A stretch of 22,489 nucleotides of DNA from Pseudomonadota bacterium. Lineage in GTDB: Bacteria; Bdellovibrionota; FAC87; UBA2466. Position 1 is the first letter of the stretch, and each line of letters begins with the position of its first letter. The stretch is taken from the NCBI GenBank assembly GCA_043718025.1, contig JAYSWN010000162.1, positions 1 through 22,489 of the forward strand, given 5' to 3'. The position numbers and the translations under genes are program-made. Positions 1-8,375 of the stretch are shown piece by piece. Below the pieces are notes generated by a model. That model made no database searches. It was given only the letters and a program-made list of their open reading frames with translations, and was not told where the DNA came from.

Positions 1-1
1 T

Positions 2-646
2 CGTGACCACCACCCCGGCCACAAAACCCCCGACGTGCGCGCCAAAGGCAATGCCCCCGCCACTCCCTCCGGAATTCGACGCCTCGGCAAGCTGGAGCAA
101 AAACCAAAGCCCTAAAAACACTACCGCGGGAACCGAAATCACCTGCACAAAGATCACGATAAAGATAAGCGTACGAATGCGGATGCGAGGAAACAGCGTG
201 ATGTAAGCCCCTAACACTCCAGAGATCGCACCGGAAGCACCAATGGTCGGAATGCGTGAAGCGGGCTCCAAACCGATGTGAAAAAGGGCGGCACAGACGC
301 CGACAAACAAATAGAAGACGAGAAATCCAAAGTGCCCGTATACGTCTTCCACATTATCGCCAAACAGCCACAGGAACCACAGATTACCGATCAGGTGGGC
401 TACGCCGCCGTGCAAAAACATGGAGGTAAAAATGGTAGCAACATTCGGCACCCCATTGCCGACCGCAAGCGAGGTGCCAGAACTCAACTCAATCGGAATG
501 AGTCCGAAGGTAGCGATGAAAACGTCGAGCGCAGGACCACCACCCAATTTGAACTCTTTAAAAAACACCCAAAGATTTAAGGCGATGATCGCAAGTACCA
601 CCGTGGGAAATCCTTGCCGCGGGTTCTCATCACGTAAAGGAAAAAT
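2..646 (-). CDS. Rhomboid-family intramembrane serine protease (3' end runs off the window; probable ATT start)
   Basis: Manual minus-strand translation, absent from the ORF track: (I/M)FPLRDENP...SMFLHGGVAHLIGNLWFLWLFGDNVED...GASGAISGVLGAY...AFGAHVGGFVAG. Contains the rhomboid GxSG catalytic Ser and the AHxGG catalytic His. The frame is open from 646 to the window edge. Confidence 0.93.
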   Translation of the reverse strand, partial: MFPLRDENPRQGFPTVVLAIIALNLWVFFKEFKLGGGPALDVFIATFGLIPIELSSGTSLAVGNGVPNVATIFTSMFLHGGVAHLIGNLWFLWLFGDNVEDVYGHFGFLVFYLFVGVCAALFHIGLEPASRIPTIGASGAISGVLGAYITLFPRIRIRTLIFIVIFVQVISVPAVVFLGLWFLLQLAEASNSGGSGGGIAFGAHVGGFVAGVVVT

Positions 647-658
647 AGGTGCGCTCCG

Positions 659-1096
659 CTAAATTTCGTTGATCACGGTCTCGGGAAACGATGCGGCATC
701 CACCTTAGCGTGCGCGCTCTTTATTTTACCCCCGGTATCAATCACGTAGCCAATCCTCGCCGGGTATTTGTCTTCCGCTGTTTTCACCGCACCGTAGGCC
801 ACGCCAATTGCTTTGTCGGTGTCGCAGAGGAGTGAAAAGGGAAATCTAAATTTTTCAGCAAAGGCGGCATTCTCGGCTACCGTATCGAAAGAAACGCCGA
901 GAACGACTACGTTCTTTTTTTCGTAATCGGCAATACGGTCGCGAAAACCGCAACCCTGGGCCGTGCAGCCCGGAGTGTCCGCCTTGGGATAGAAATAGAG
1001 AATGACGTTTTTCCCTTTAAAATCTTTCAGCGAAACGGTGCCCCCCTGGTGCGACTTCACACTAAAATCAGGGGCTATATCTCCAACTTTCAACAT
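659..1096 (-). CDS. bcp: Peroxiredoxin, BCP/PrxQ subfamily
   Basis: LKVGDIAPDF...YFYPKADTPGCTAQGCGFRD with CxxxxC. ATG at 1096 is preceded by a GGAGG SD (1101-1105), so the track's 1171 start is probably too long. Confidence 0.92.
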   Translation of the reverse strand: MLKVGDIAPDFSVKSHQGGTVSLKDFKGKNVILYFYPKADTPGCTAQGCGFRDRIADYEKKNVVVLGVSFDTVAENAAFAEKFRFPFSLLCDTDKAIGVAYGAVKTAEDKYPARIGYVIDTGGKIKSAHAKVDAASFPETVINEI

Positions 1097-1216
1097 CGTG
1101 CCTCCACGGGCGCCAGAGAGCATTTTATCGATCGGACTCACCAGCCGATAGACTAAATCATTAATTGCCATAGGTGCGGAACCTTAAAAGACAGACGTCC
1201 CGAAATCAAGCTGCTC

Positions 1217-2494
1217 CTAGTTCTGCCCACGGCAGAGGGATAGAATGGTTCGCGTGCCTTGGGCGGCAATGGGTAAATTGAGGATGGCCTGCTTCATCAG
1301 CGACTCGACTTTGGCCGCATCGCGGTAGATTGCCTGGTTGTCGTAGGTCGCATCCTTTTCGACGTCATAGTTAGGATCAGTCGTCATCTTTTTGCCGTAG
1401 GCTTCTTGGATTGAAGCGTCCAGTGCATAAGCCGACTCCGCTGAAATCAACGAGATCTTATTGAATATCATTTCCGCAGTACCCGAAAACGGAATGTCAG
1501 AAAACACCATGTCGCCGGCCGAGAGTGCCGCGTACACCTTCTGGGAAAGCCTGTCTCGGGCTACGTAGTGTTTTTCAAGCAGGCCACGAACGAAATCCTC
1601 GTACAATAGATGGCGGTTAGAAACCAACTGGGTGGTATCGCTCACCACCTTAGGCTTGTTACCTGACAGTGCAAAATTCACGAAGTAACCAATGGTCTCC
1701 GACGGTACCGCTTTGGCATGGTAGGGCTGCGACATGTCTTGTACGTAGTGAAAGGCCCATGAGGCAAACCGGCTGCCCCAATAAGGATGGTTTGTAGCAT
1801 AAGCACGCTGCGATAGGCGCACAAACAGCTCCATGCGATCTCGCGCCATGCCTTCTGAAATGCCCGGCACTAATTTGCGAATAACAAAATTTTCGTGGGC
1901 GAACTGCATATGAAAAGCCGCCCCGTTGGCCGGATCATTTGCTTTTCCGTAAGGCCTTTCACCGTATCCATATTCTGGCCGGCTCCACAAATCGCGATCG
2001 AGAAACCAATCAGGTTCATCGGAGTAGGTACTTAAAATTGCGCGGTGGGTCGTTTCTAGCTCTTTCATTTCACGAAAGGTAATCGCAAAATTCTTCTCGA
2101 TCTTCTCCCAAGGTGACACCACGTGAAACGCAATCACCGGCCCTTTAACCACTTCGCCGGGCAGAACACGATGGAGGTAACGAATCTCCGACTTAGGGTA
2201 AAGACGGGCGGCCCGCATAAAATTTTCGACCGTCGGGTGAACTTCGTCGAAAGGTACTCTTTTAAAACGCGTCGAGCCAGAGGTTTGAAGCCAAACGTAA
2301 AAACCCTCTATTGTTTTGGAGACGTCCCTCTTCTCCGCCTTCAAAAAATCTTCTAACCGCTCAACTTTAACCGCGGTATCGAGAAAATGACTAAGTTCAA
2401 TTCGATCTAAAGCCGCCGCAGTAACGGCGTAATGGGCGGCCCACGCCCACAAATTTGAGCTGATACAAAGCCCCAAGAGAATCAAGTGGCGCAT
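1217..2494 (-). CDS. Secreted Zn-dependent phospholipase C / S1-P1 nuclease superfamily protein
   Basis: Signal peptide ends ...NLWA, giving mature N-terminal W-x-x-H. Metal-ligand motifs DEPD, FH, HYVQD..QPYH and HLLYE follow the PLC/P1 tri-zinc pattern. Confidence 0.72.
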   Translation of the reverse strand: MRHLILLGLCISSNLWAWAAHYAVTAAALDRIELSHFLDTAVKVERLEDFLKAEKRDVSKTIEGFYVWLQTSGSTRFKRVPFDEVHPTVENFMRAARLYPKSEIRYLHRVLPGEVVKGPVIAFHVVSPWEKIEKNFAITFREMKELETTHRAILSTYSDEPDWFLDRDLWSRPEYGYGERPYGKANDPANGAAFHMQFAHENFVIRKLVPGISEGMARDRMELFVRLSQRAYATNHPYWGSRFASWAFHYVQDMSQPYHAKAVPSETIGYFVNFALSGNKPKVVSDTTQLVSNRHLLYEDFVRGLLEKHYVARDRLSQKVYAALSAGDMVFSDIPFSGTAEMIFNKISLISAESAYALDASIQEAYGKKMTTDPNYDVEKDATYDNQAIYRDAAKVESLMKQAILNLPIAAQGTRTILSLCRGQN

Positions 2495-2530
2495 GTCGGC
2501 AAGTCCCCAAAATTTAAAAATGGTTTCCTT

Positions 2531-2998
2531 TTAAGCAACGGCAAGCAAAGAGAGAATCCGCTGACCCAATGCCGGAAACTCAGCTCGGCCAACGTGCAGC
2601 ACGCGGGCTTTTTCAATTGCCGCGGCAAGGTCATTCACATCGGGGCAGAAAATCCCTAGACCAATTTCACACCAACGCTTACCCAACTCAACTTGGCCAT
2701 CATTCGCCTCGCCGTAACGCCGCTGCTTAGGCACCACCACCGTTCGCTTCTGCATTTCGTAGCACAGCGACAACATTCCCGTTCCCGCATGGGTAATGAT
2801 CACCTCAGCACGCGCCATGGTCTCTTTCAAAGTCTTTAACGGCAAGACGCGCACAAATGGAAAAGACGGGGTGAAGTAACCAGAACCAATTTGTCCAAAA
2901 AACTGATATTGCGTAGACAGCTCTTCGCACTTTTTGATTAGGGCATCAAAATGCCCGGTCGAAACGCCAACGAAGATATCAAACTCAGATTGGCTCAC
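2531..2998 (-). CDS. Glycosyltransferase, Alg13/PssE/CpsG-like (GT28 C-terminal domain)
   Basis: IFVGVSTGHFDALI..QIG..IITHAGTG..VVPKQRRYGE..DGQVEL. GTG start at 2998 overlaps the upstream TGA (GTGA). Confidence 0.85.
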   Translation of the reverse strand: MSQSEFDIFVGVSTGHFDALIKKCEELSTQYQFFGQIGSGYFTPSFPFVRVLPLKTLKETMARAEVIITHAGTGMLSLCYEMQKRTVVVPKQRRYGEANDGQVELGKRWCEIGLGIFCPDVNDLAAAIEKARVLHVGRAEFPALGQRILSLLAVA

Positions 2999-3483
2999 AG
3001 CACCCACCCGGCATATTCGGCTTTTGGGCCATACTGTTCTTCGAGCCCTTTCCATTGCACGAATATTTTGTCGGCGATGGGATAGAGCACCCTACCCGTC
3101 ATGCTGCGGGTCGCTACTTGATTCATGCATTCAACGTGAATTATCTTGGCGCCAAACAGTTTGGCCCAGTAACAAAAAAAGACCACGTTAGTGGCCCCAA
3201 GCGAGATGACATGCTTAGGTCGGAGAAACAGCGCAAGAAAAAACGAGTAGAGCAGTGCCACAATTATTTTAAAGGGATTGAGCCAACGAACCTTACCGAA
3301 CCAAGAAAAGAGGTAGGGGATGCGAAACACATGGTTGGCCAGCGATTTTACGCCGTCAAACTCAGGGCCCCACGTAATCAACAGGTGTTCGGGGCCACGC
3401 CCCAGCTGTTCCACCAATTTTAGAGCGTTATGAAGATGGCCGCCTCTATCGCTGATAATGGTAAGACCGGAAATTTTTTCCAC
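2995..3483 (-). CDS. Alg14/PssD/CpsF-like oligosaccharide biosynthesis subunit
   Basis: SDRGGHL, RPKHVISLGA, SMTGRVLYPIADKIFVQW..L...YGPKAEYAG. Translationally coupled to the Alg13-like partner. Confidence 0.88.
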   Translation of the reverse strand: MEKISGLTIISDRGGHLHNALKLVEQLGRGPEHLLITWGPEFDGVKSLANHVFRIPYLFSWFGKVRWLNPFKIIVALLYSFFLALFLRPKHVISLGATNVVFFCYWAKLFGAKIIHVECMNQVATRSMTGRVLYPIADKIFVQWKGLEEQYGPKAEYAGWVL

Positions 3484-3489
3484 TGAGGT

Positions 3490-3518
3490 ATTCTAGCGAA
3501 CTACTGAGAAAAAGCGAA
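3490..3518 (-). promoter_or_regulatory. Putative sigma70 promoter (TTCGCT-17-TAGAAT), 6 nt before the GTG start of the PssD-like gene
   Basis: Minus strand reads ttcgct-N17-TAGAAT-acctca-GTG, with no SD. Confidence 0.4.
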
Positions 3519-3977
3519 TTACAACGTCCGGTCAAAATTTAAATACGTATTTACCTGAAAGCCCTGACTTAGAAAGAAGGATTGGGCCGCCTTGTTGAAC
3601 GGTTCGGCCTGTGCCCACAAAGCTTTCGCCCCTTCGGTGCGGGCAATCTCCAAAATCTTGTCCATTATCATCTTGCCGACACCTTGGCGACGGGTGGCCG
3701 CTTCAACATAAAGTTCATCGATATAAAAGGTTAGACCGCCCTTTTCCACGCTGTGGTAACGGGTCAATATTACGTAACCAATGCGATCGACCCCGTGCTT
3801 TATGAAGTAAGCGGTCGCAAGGTTTTCATTACGCATCATGCTTTTGATGCCCGCTTCGATGTTCACCATCGATTCAAAATCTTCGTCGTGTGAATAAAGC
3901 GCTTCTACATACTCTTTAAGCGCGGCCATCTCGCTGGGGTAAACACGAAGTAATCGAATCTCTTTATCGGTCTGCAT
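3519..3977 (-). CDS. GNAT family N-acetyltransferase
   Basis: YIDELYVEAATRRQGVGK (acetyl-CoA-binding motif A) and N..AQSFFLSQGF. Overlaps the lon 3' end by 14 nt. Confidence 0.9.
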   Translation of the reverse strand: MQTDKEIRLLRVYPSEMAALKEYVEALYSHDEDFESMVNIEAGIKSMMRNENLATAYFIKHGVDRIGYVILTRYHSVEKGGLTFYIDELYVEAATRRQGVGKMIMDKILEIARTEGAKALWAQAEPFNKAAQSFFLSQGFQVNTYLNFDRTL

Positions 3978-6612
3978 AGCGATCTTTCCTAACAGTTTTA
4001 TTTCCGTTCATCCAATGCTGTTTTACATCCTTCGGAGCGAGTTTAGCTCTGACCTCTTCCGATTTTTTCGCCCTAAACAGAAGCGCCAAAACGTGATCCA
4101 TGTGGTCAACGCCCACAATTTCCATTCCGGTCTTAATCTCTTTTTCTACGAGCTTAAGGTCTTTCATGTTCTCCAACGGGATGAGAATACGGCGGACCCC
4201 GGAACGTTTTGCCGCCAAAAGCTTTTCTTTGATGCCGCCCACCGGAAGAACCCGGCCAGACAAGGTAAGTTCTCCGGTCATTGCAGTTTTGGGGTCTACT
4301 TTGCAGTGCGAAATTAAGGAATAAAGACTGGTGGCCATGGTAAGACCGGCCGATGGTCCATCTTTAGGGGTGGCGCCCGCGGGCACATGAAGATGAAAAG
4401 TATTTCTCTCAAAAAATCCCGCCGGAGTGTTCAATCGCACACGACACCGTTCTCGCACAAAACTGAAGGCGATATTGGCTGACTCCTGCATGACTTTTCC
4501 TAAAGTGCCCGTAAGGTTCAGCCCACCCTTGCCGGCGGTGTAAAGGCTTTCGATGTGAAGCACCTCGCCGCCGTACGATGTGTAGGCAAGGCCGGTGACC
4601 ACTCCAGGCAAAAGTTCAGGACTTCTCTCGGGCGAATAGACGATGGGGCCCAACAAAGGAATGGCCTCTTTCTCATTCCTTAACTGCACCAGTTTTTTAT
4701 TACCCGAAACCACACGGTAAGCCGTTTTGCGACAAAGACGCGCAATCTGTTTTTCCAAATTCCGCACTCCCGACTCACGCGCGTATCGCTCAATCAAAAC
4801 CTTGAGACCAGCGTCTGAAATTTTTAGTTGGGCGGAGGTCAGCCCATGTTTGCGCAATTGCCGAGGAATCAAAAAGGCGCGGGCAATCTCGAGCTTTTCA
4901 CGATCGGTATAACCAGAAAGCGTGATGATTTCCATGCGGTCGAGCAAAGGGCCGGGAATGGAATCGGTAGTGTTAGCGGTCGTCACGAAGAAAACCTTCG
5001 AGCAGTCAATATTTAGATCTAAATAGTGATCCAGAAATTCGTTATTCTGCTCAGGATCCAAGAGCTCAAGCAACGCCGATGCCGGATCGCCACCCGTATG
5101 CCATCCGCTGCTCATCTTATCAATTTCATCGATGAGAAAAACCGGATTTTCGCTACCCGCTTTTTTAAAACCCTGAATCAGCTTGCCCGGCATCGCACCC
5201 ACGTATGTTTTGCGGTGTCCCTTGATCTCGGCTTCGTCACGCATTCCCCCAACTGAAAAACGAAAAAACTTTCGGCCTAGCGTTCGGGCAATGCTTCTAC
5301 CTAGGCTAGTTTTTCCGGTGCCGGGGGGGCCAACAAAGCAGAGGATTGACCCTTCTGAGCCCTGGCCTAATTTACGTACGGCCAAATATTCCAAAATACG
5401 ATCTTTGACCTCTTTTAATCCGAAATGATCTTCATCCAAAACTCGACGAGCCCGCTTCAAATCCTGACTGTCTTTGGTAACTACGCCCCAGGGCACTGCA
5501 GTCACCCAATCTAAATAATTTACCGACACCGAATATTCGCTCGATTGTTCGTTAAGGCTTTGAATCTTTTCAAGCTCATCTTCGATACGCTCTTTAACCG
5601 CCGGGCGAAGTGTCTTGCCTTCCAGCCGGGCTCTAAACTTGTCGACCATGCGGTGACGTTCACTGGTATCGCGACCAAGTTCTTTTTGAATCACTTTTAG
5701 CTGTTCGTGGAGGTAGAAATCACGCTGGCTCGACGATATTTTTTGGTTAATGTCTTCCTGAATCTTGCGCTGAACGTTTTGTACGTCGAGCTCTTTCTTA
5801 AGCAGCAACAACAGGTGATGCAGACGTGCCCGCACACTCACTTCAGATAAGAAAAGTTGATAGTCTTTTACATCCCGGATCAGGACCGAAGCCATGAAAT
5901 CGGCGAGGCGCCCCGGCCCGTCAATATTAACGAGGGCCACTTTCACCTCTTCGGAGATAAGCGGGTTGTCTTTTGCTAACTGCTTGAATTGGGAGAGACA
6001 GCTTCGCAGCAAGGCCTCGAGTTCGATACCCTTTTCTACGGTCTCGTTCAGGTACCCAACCTGAGCCACAAACAAAGGCTCGTGGGAAACCATCTCCTTC
6101 ACTAAGAAACGCTGCACGCCCTGCACTAAAACACTGACCTGATTATCAGGGAGGTTAAATTTTTTGATGATCTTGCAGGCCACACCGTAGGCCTGAAAGT
6201 CTTTTTTTGATCCCTTAATGGTGAGCGGCGCGATCAGATGTTTACCCTCACCCAGTGGCTGAGCAAAGAGGGCGGCCGCTACGGTGCCTTCGGCGGGAAG
6301 TCCGGTAAAAGAGGTATTAGGGCCGGCGGCGATCTCTTTTTCGCTGGGGTTGTTGCCTAAGACGACGCCCAAGTAGCCATTATGGTTTTCTATTGCATGC
6401 TCAATCGTGCGCACCAGTTTGCCCTCGGGCAAAATGAACGGAACCATCATTCCGGGAAATAGGGTGGTTTGGGAGACTGGGATAAGGGGCAAGGGAGAGG
6501 GCAATAGCTCCGAGACCGCAACGATCCTTTCAGATTTCGCAGTCTGTTTGGCCTTAACGATAGAATTTTCGGCTAGAACTTTGGGTTGAACGCCGTGACG
6601 CTTTTTAAGCAT
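3964..6612 (-). CDS. lon: ATP-dependent Lon protease (LonA)
   Basis: Lon N domain (LFPGMMVP), Walker [10 protein letters not shown], Walker B FLIDEIDK, catalytic PKDGPSAG (Ser) and [12 protein letters not shown] (Lys). Confidence 0.97.
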   Translation of the reverse strand: MLKKRHGVQPKVLAENSIVKAKQTAKSERIVAVSELLPSPLPLIPVSQTTLFPGMMVPFILPEGKLVRTIEHAIENHNGYLGVVLGNNPSEKEIAAGPNTSFTGLPAEGTVAAALFAQPLGEGKHLIAPLTIKGSKKDFQAYGVACKIIKKFNLPDNQVSVLVQGVQRFLVKEMVSHEPLFVAQVGYLNETVEKGIELEALLRSCLSQFKQLAKDNPLISEEVKVALVNIDGPGRLADFMASVLIRDVKDYQLFLSEVSVRARLHHLLLLLKKELDVQNVQRKIQEDINQKISSSQRDFYLHEQLKVIQKELGRDTSERHRMVDKFRARLEGKTLRPAVKERIEDELEKIQSLNEQSSEYSVSVNYLDWVTAVPWGVVTKDSQDLKRARRVLDEDHFGLKEVKDRILEYLAVRKLGQGSEGSILCFVGPPGTGKTSLGRSIARTLGRKFFRFSVGGMRDEAEIKGHRKTYVGAMPGKLIQGFKKAGSENPVFLIDEIDKMSSGWHTGGDPASALLELLDPEQNNEFLDHYLDLNIDCSKVFFVTTANTTDSIPGPLLDRMEIITLSGYTDREKLEIARAFLIPRQLRKHGLTSAQLKISDAGLKVLIERYARESGVRNLEKQIARLCRKTAYRVVSGNKKLVQLRNEKEAIPLLGPIVYSPERSPELLPGVVTGLAYTSYGGEVLHIESLYTAGKGGLNLTGTLGKVMQESANIAFSFVRERCRVRLNTPAGFFERNTFHLHVPAGATPKDGPSAGLTMATSLYSLISHCKVDPKTAMTGELTLSGRVLPVGGIKEKLLAAKRSGVRRILIPLENMKDLKLVEKEIKTGMEIVGVDHMDHVLALLFRAKKSEEVRAKLAPKDVKQHWMNGNKTVRKDRYADR

Positions 6613-6621
6613 AGCGGGCTT

Positions 6622-6649
6622 AATCTAGGTACTACCCCGCCGGTGTCAA
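6622..6649 (-). promoter_or_regulatory. Putative sigma70 promoter of lon (TTGACA-16-TAGATT)
   Basis: Perfect -35 at 6649-6644 and -10 at 6627-6622, 9 nt before ATG 6612. Confidence 0.55.
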
Positions 6650-6679
6650 CCAAACTGGAAAAAAAACGGATGGTTGCGC

Positions 6680-6907
6680 TTAGCGAGCGTTTAATTTTTT
6701 TAACTGCTCATCAAGTGCGCTGCCCGTGCCAGGCCGTTGAGCCAGGCAAGAATTGAGTTTCACCATTAAATTCGCCGTATTATCTACCGGCGTAGCCACT
6801 TGCGGTACTGCAACGCTCGTAGCTGAGGGGTCGCCGTGAGTTGGCGTCGCCACTTCACCGAAGGCCAGAGTTGAGAGAACCGCTACCGCAAAAATCGCTT
6901 TCCACAT
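6680..6907 (-). CDS. Small hypothetical secreted protein (75 aa)
   Basis: AGGAG SD (6916-6920) 8 nt before ATG 6907. Signal-peptide-like MWKAIFAVAVLSTLAFG, then a Thr/Pro/Ala-rich linker and a helical C-terminus. Confidence 0.65.
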   Translation of the reverse strand: MWKAIFAVAVLSTLAFGEVATPTHGDPSATSVAVPQVATPVDNTANLMVKLNSCLAQRPGTGSALDEQLKKLNAR

Positions 6908-6981
6908 ATACAACACTCCTACAAGTATTCTGGTCGCCTACAGCCTAATGGCTCAAAGACAACCCTACGGGCAGGTCAAGT

Positions 6982-6997
6982 TGCAACCGATGTACCA
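6982..6997 (-). promoter_or_regulatory. Putative sigma54 (-24/-12) promoter
   Basis: Minus strand TGGTAC-atcgg-TTGCA versus consensus TGGCAC-N5-TTGCW, with the correct 10-nt GG-to-GC spacing. Points at the 6907 gene. Confidence 0.5.
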
Positions 6998-7173
6998 AGT
7001 GCTGCACCCACGAACGGATGGAAAAGGGAGTGTCAAAAGCGTGTGAGCGACGTACACATCCTCTTCTCAAGCTCTAACTACATGAAAACAAACAGCTATT
7101 AATTGATGATTGCGCCAACACCATGGTGACAATTACTGTTCTCGCGAAATTTCACTTACCTCAAGGAGACTCA

Positions 7174-7776
7174 ATGGAAACGATTACCGTTCCGCAGACA
7201 CTGGTGGGCAAGAAGGCCCCTGAATTTAAGGCCGATGCTCTAGTCGGAGAAGATTTTAAAACCATCTCATCGGTAGACTTTAAGGGAAAATGGGTTTGCC
7301 TATTCTTCTACCCGTTAGATTTCACCTTCGTTTGCCCAACTGAAATCACCGCGTTCGATGCCGTCTACAAAACTTTTAAAGAAGCCGGCTGCGAAGTTCT
7401 CGGTTGCTCGGTCGACAGTAAATTCTCGCATCTGGCCTGGGCAAAGACGCCCCGCAAAGAAGGCGGTATTGGAAAACTTCAGTACCCGCTGCTCGCTGAC
7501 TTAAGCAAAAAGATCGGCAAAGACTACGGCGTATTGAACGAAGGCGGAGTCACTTTTCGTGGCCTGTTTCTCATCAATCCCGAAGGCACCGTGCAGTACC
7601 AATTGGTTCACGACCTGGGCATCGGCCGTAACCCTGAAGAGGTGTTACGGGTGCTGAAGGCTTTACAAGAAGTGGCAAAAACTGGTGAAGTCTGCCCTGC
7701 TGGCTGGACTCCCGGTAAAAAGACGATGAAGCCTGATCCAGAAAAATCGAAAGATTACTTCTCAACGCAAGGCTGA
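7174..7776 (+). CDS. ahpC: Typical 2-Cys peroxiredoxin AhpC/Tsa
   Basis: [18 protein letters not shown] and GEVCPAGW motifs. AAGGAG SD before ATG 7174. Confidence 0.95.
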   Translation: METITVPQTLVGKKAPEFKADALVGEDFKTISSVDFKGKWVCLFFYPLDFTFVCPTEITAFDAVYKTFKEAGCEVLGCSVDSKFSHLAWAKTPRKEGGIGKLQYPLLADLSKKIGKDYGVLNEGGVTFRGLFLINPEGTVQYQLVHDLGIGRNPEEVLRVLKALQEVAKTGEVCPAGWTPGKKTMKPDPEKSKDYFSTQG

Positions 7777-7800
7777 AAAGTCTTTGTAATTTAGAAAATG

Positions 7801-7837
7801 AAAAAGCCCTGGAGCACTTAGCTCACAGGGCTTTTTT
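7801..7837. terminator. Bidirectional intrinsic terminator
   Basis: AAAAAGCCCTG-GAGC..GCTC-A-CAGGGCTTTTTT between convergent ahpC and the 7858-8256 gene, with an A-tract and a T-tract on either side. Confidence 0.85.
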
Positions 7838-7857
7838 AATTTTATTGAGAACGTAAA

Positions 7858-8256
7858 CTACTTTCCATATTTGGCTGAGAACTTTTCCGCGTATTTTCCC
7901 GGGGTGTTTCCCTCGAGGGAAAGAATTTCGTAATCAGCATCGCCCGGATATTTGGGTTCATTGAGCAAGCGAGTGGTCATCACAAACTCAGCTCCTTTCT
8001 CAGAGGGATCATACTGATAGGTGGTGATCACCAAATCTTTGCCTCGGTAAACAACTTGGGGGGGGGTCTGGCTAATTCTGTACTCGATCTTACAAGATCC
8101 ATCCTTACGCGTGATTTCCAGGGCAGGATTACCACCGTAGCGGAGACAGACACTATCGCCGGAGACGCTCTCCGTGCCGCAAGTACGAGTGAGGTCTTCA
8201 GCGGCAGTGGCTAAGTTAAGCGTCAGGAAGATGAGTGCAAAGATAATTTTTGGCAT
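7858..8256 (-). CDS. Hypothetical secreted protein (132 aa)
   Basis: Signal peptide MPKIIFALIFLTLNLATA and GAGG SD. No recognisable family. Confidence 0.7.
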   Translation of the reverse strand: MPKIIFALIFLTLNLATAAEDLTRTCGTESVSGDSVCLRYGGNPALEITRKDGSCKIEYRISQTPPQVVYRGKDLVITTYQYDPSEKGAEFVMTTRLLNEPKYPGDADYEILSLEGNTPGKYAEKFSAKYGK

Positions 8257-8375
8257 TTAGCCCTCAGGGGTTTATTCGTCGTTACCGACGAGATTTGAGG
8301 CACCAACTACCAAATTAAGGCCCGCAACATCAAGCCAATTCGAACGCCGAGGGCTAAGGCACGGACAGAGATGAA

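Noticed and set aside
659..661. TAG reassignment (alternative genetic code) suggested by bcp and rhomboid being in frame
   Set aside because: TAG terminates other genes at the expected position (e.g. iscU at 11872-11874), and Bcp is full length at this stop.
3..662. Plus-strand ORFs 3..206, 278..580 and 420..662
   Set aside because: Antisense shadows of the minus-strand rhomboid gene.
960..980. Selenocysteine at the Bcp peroxidatic site
   Set aside because: The codon is TGC (Cys), not TGA.
4015..6589. Many short plus-strand ORFs opposite lon (likewise opposite iscS, hscA, the YfhO-like and C25 genes)
   Set aside because: Antisense or alternative-frame artefacts inside well-supported genes.
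8323..8338. Second sigma54-like motif TGGCTT-GATG-TTGC on the minus strand
   Set aside because: GG-to-GC spacing is 9 nt rather than the required 10.
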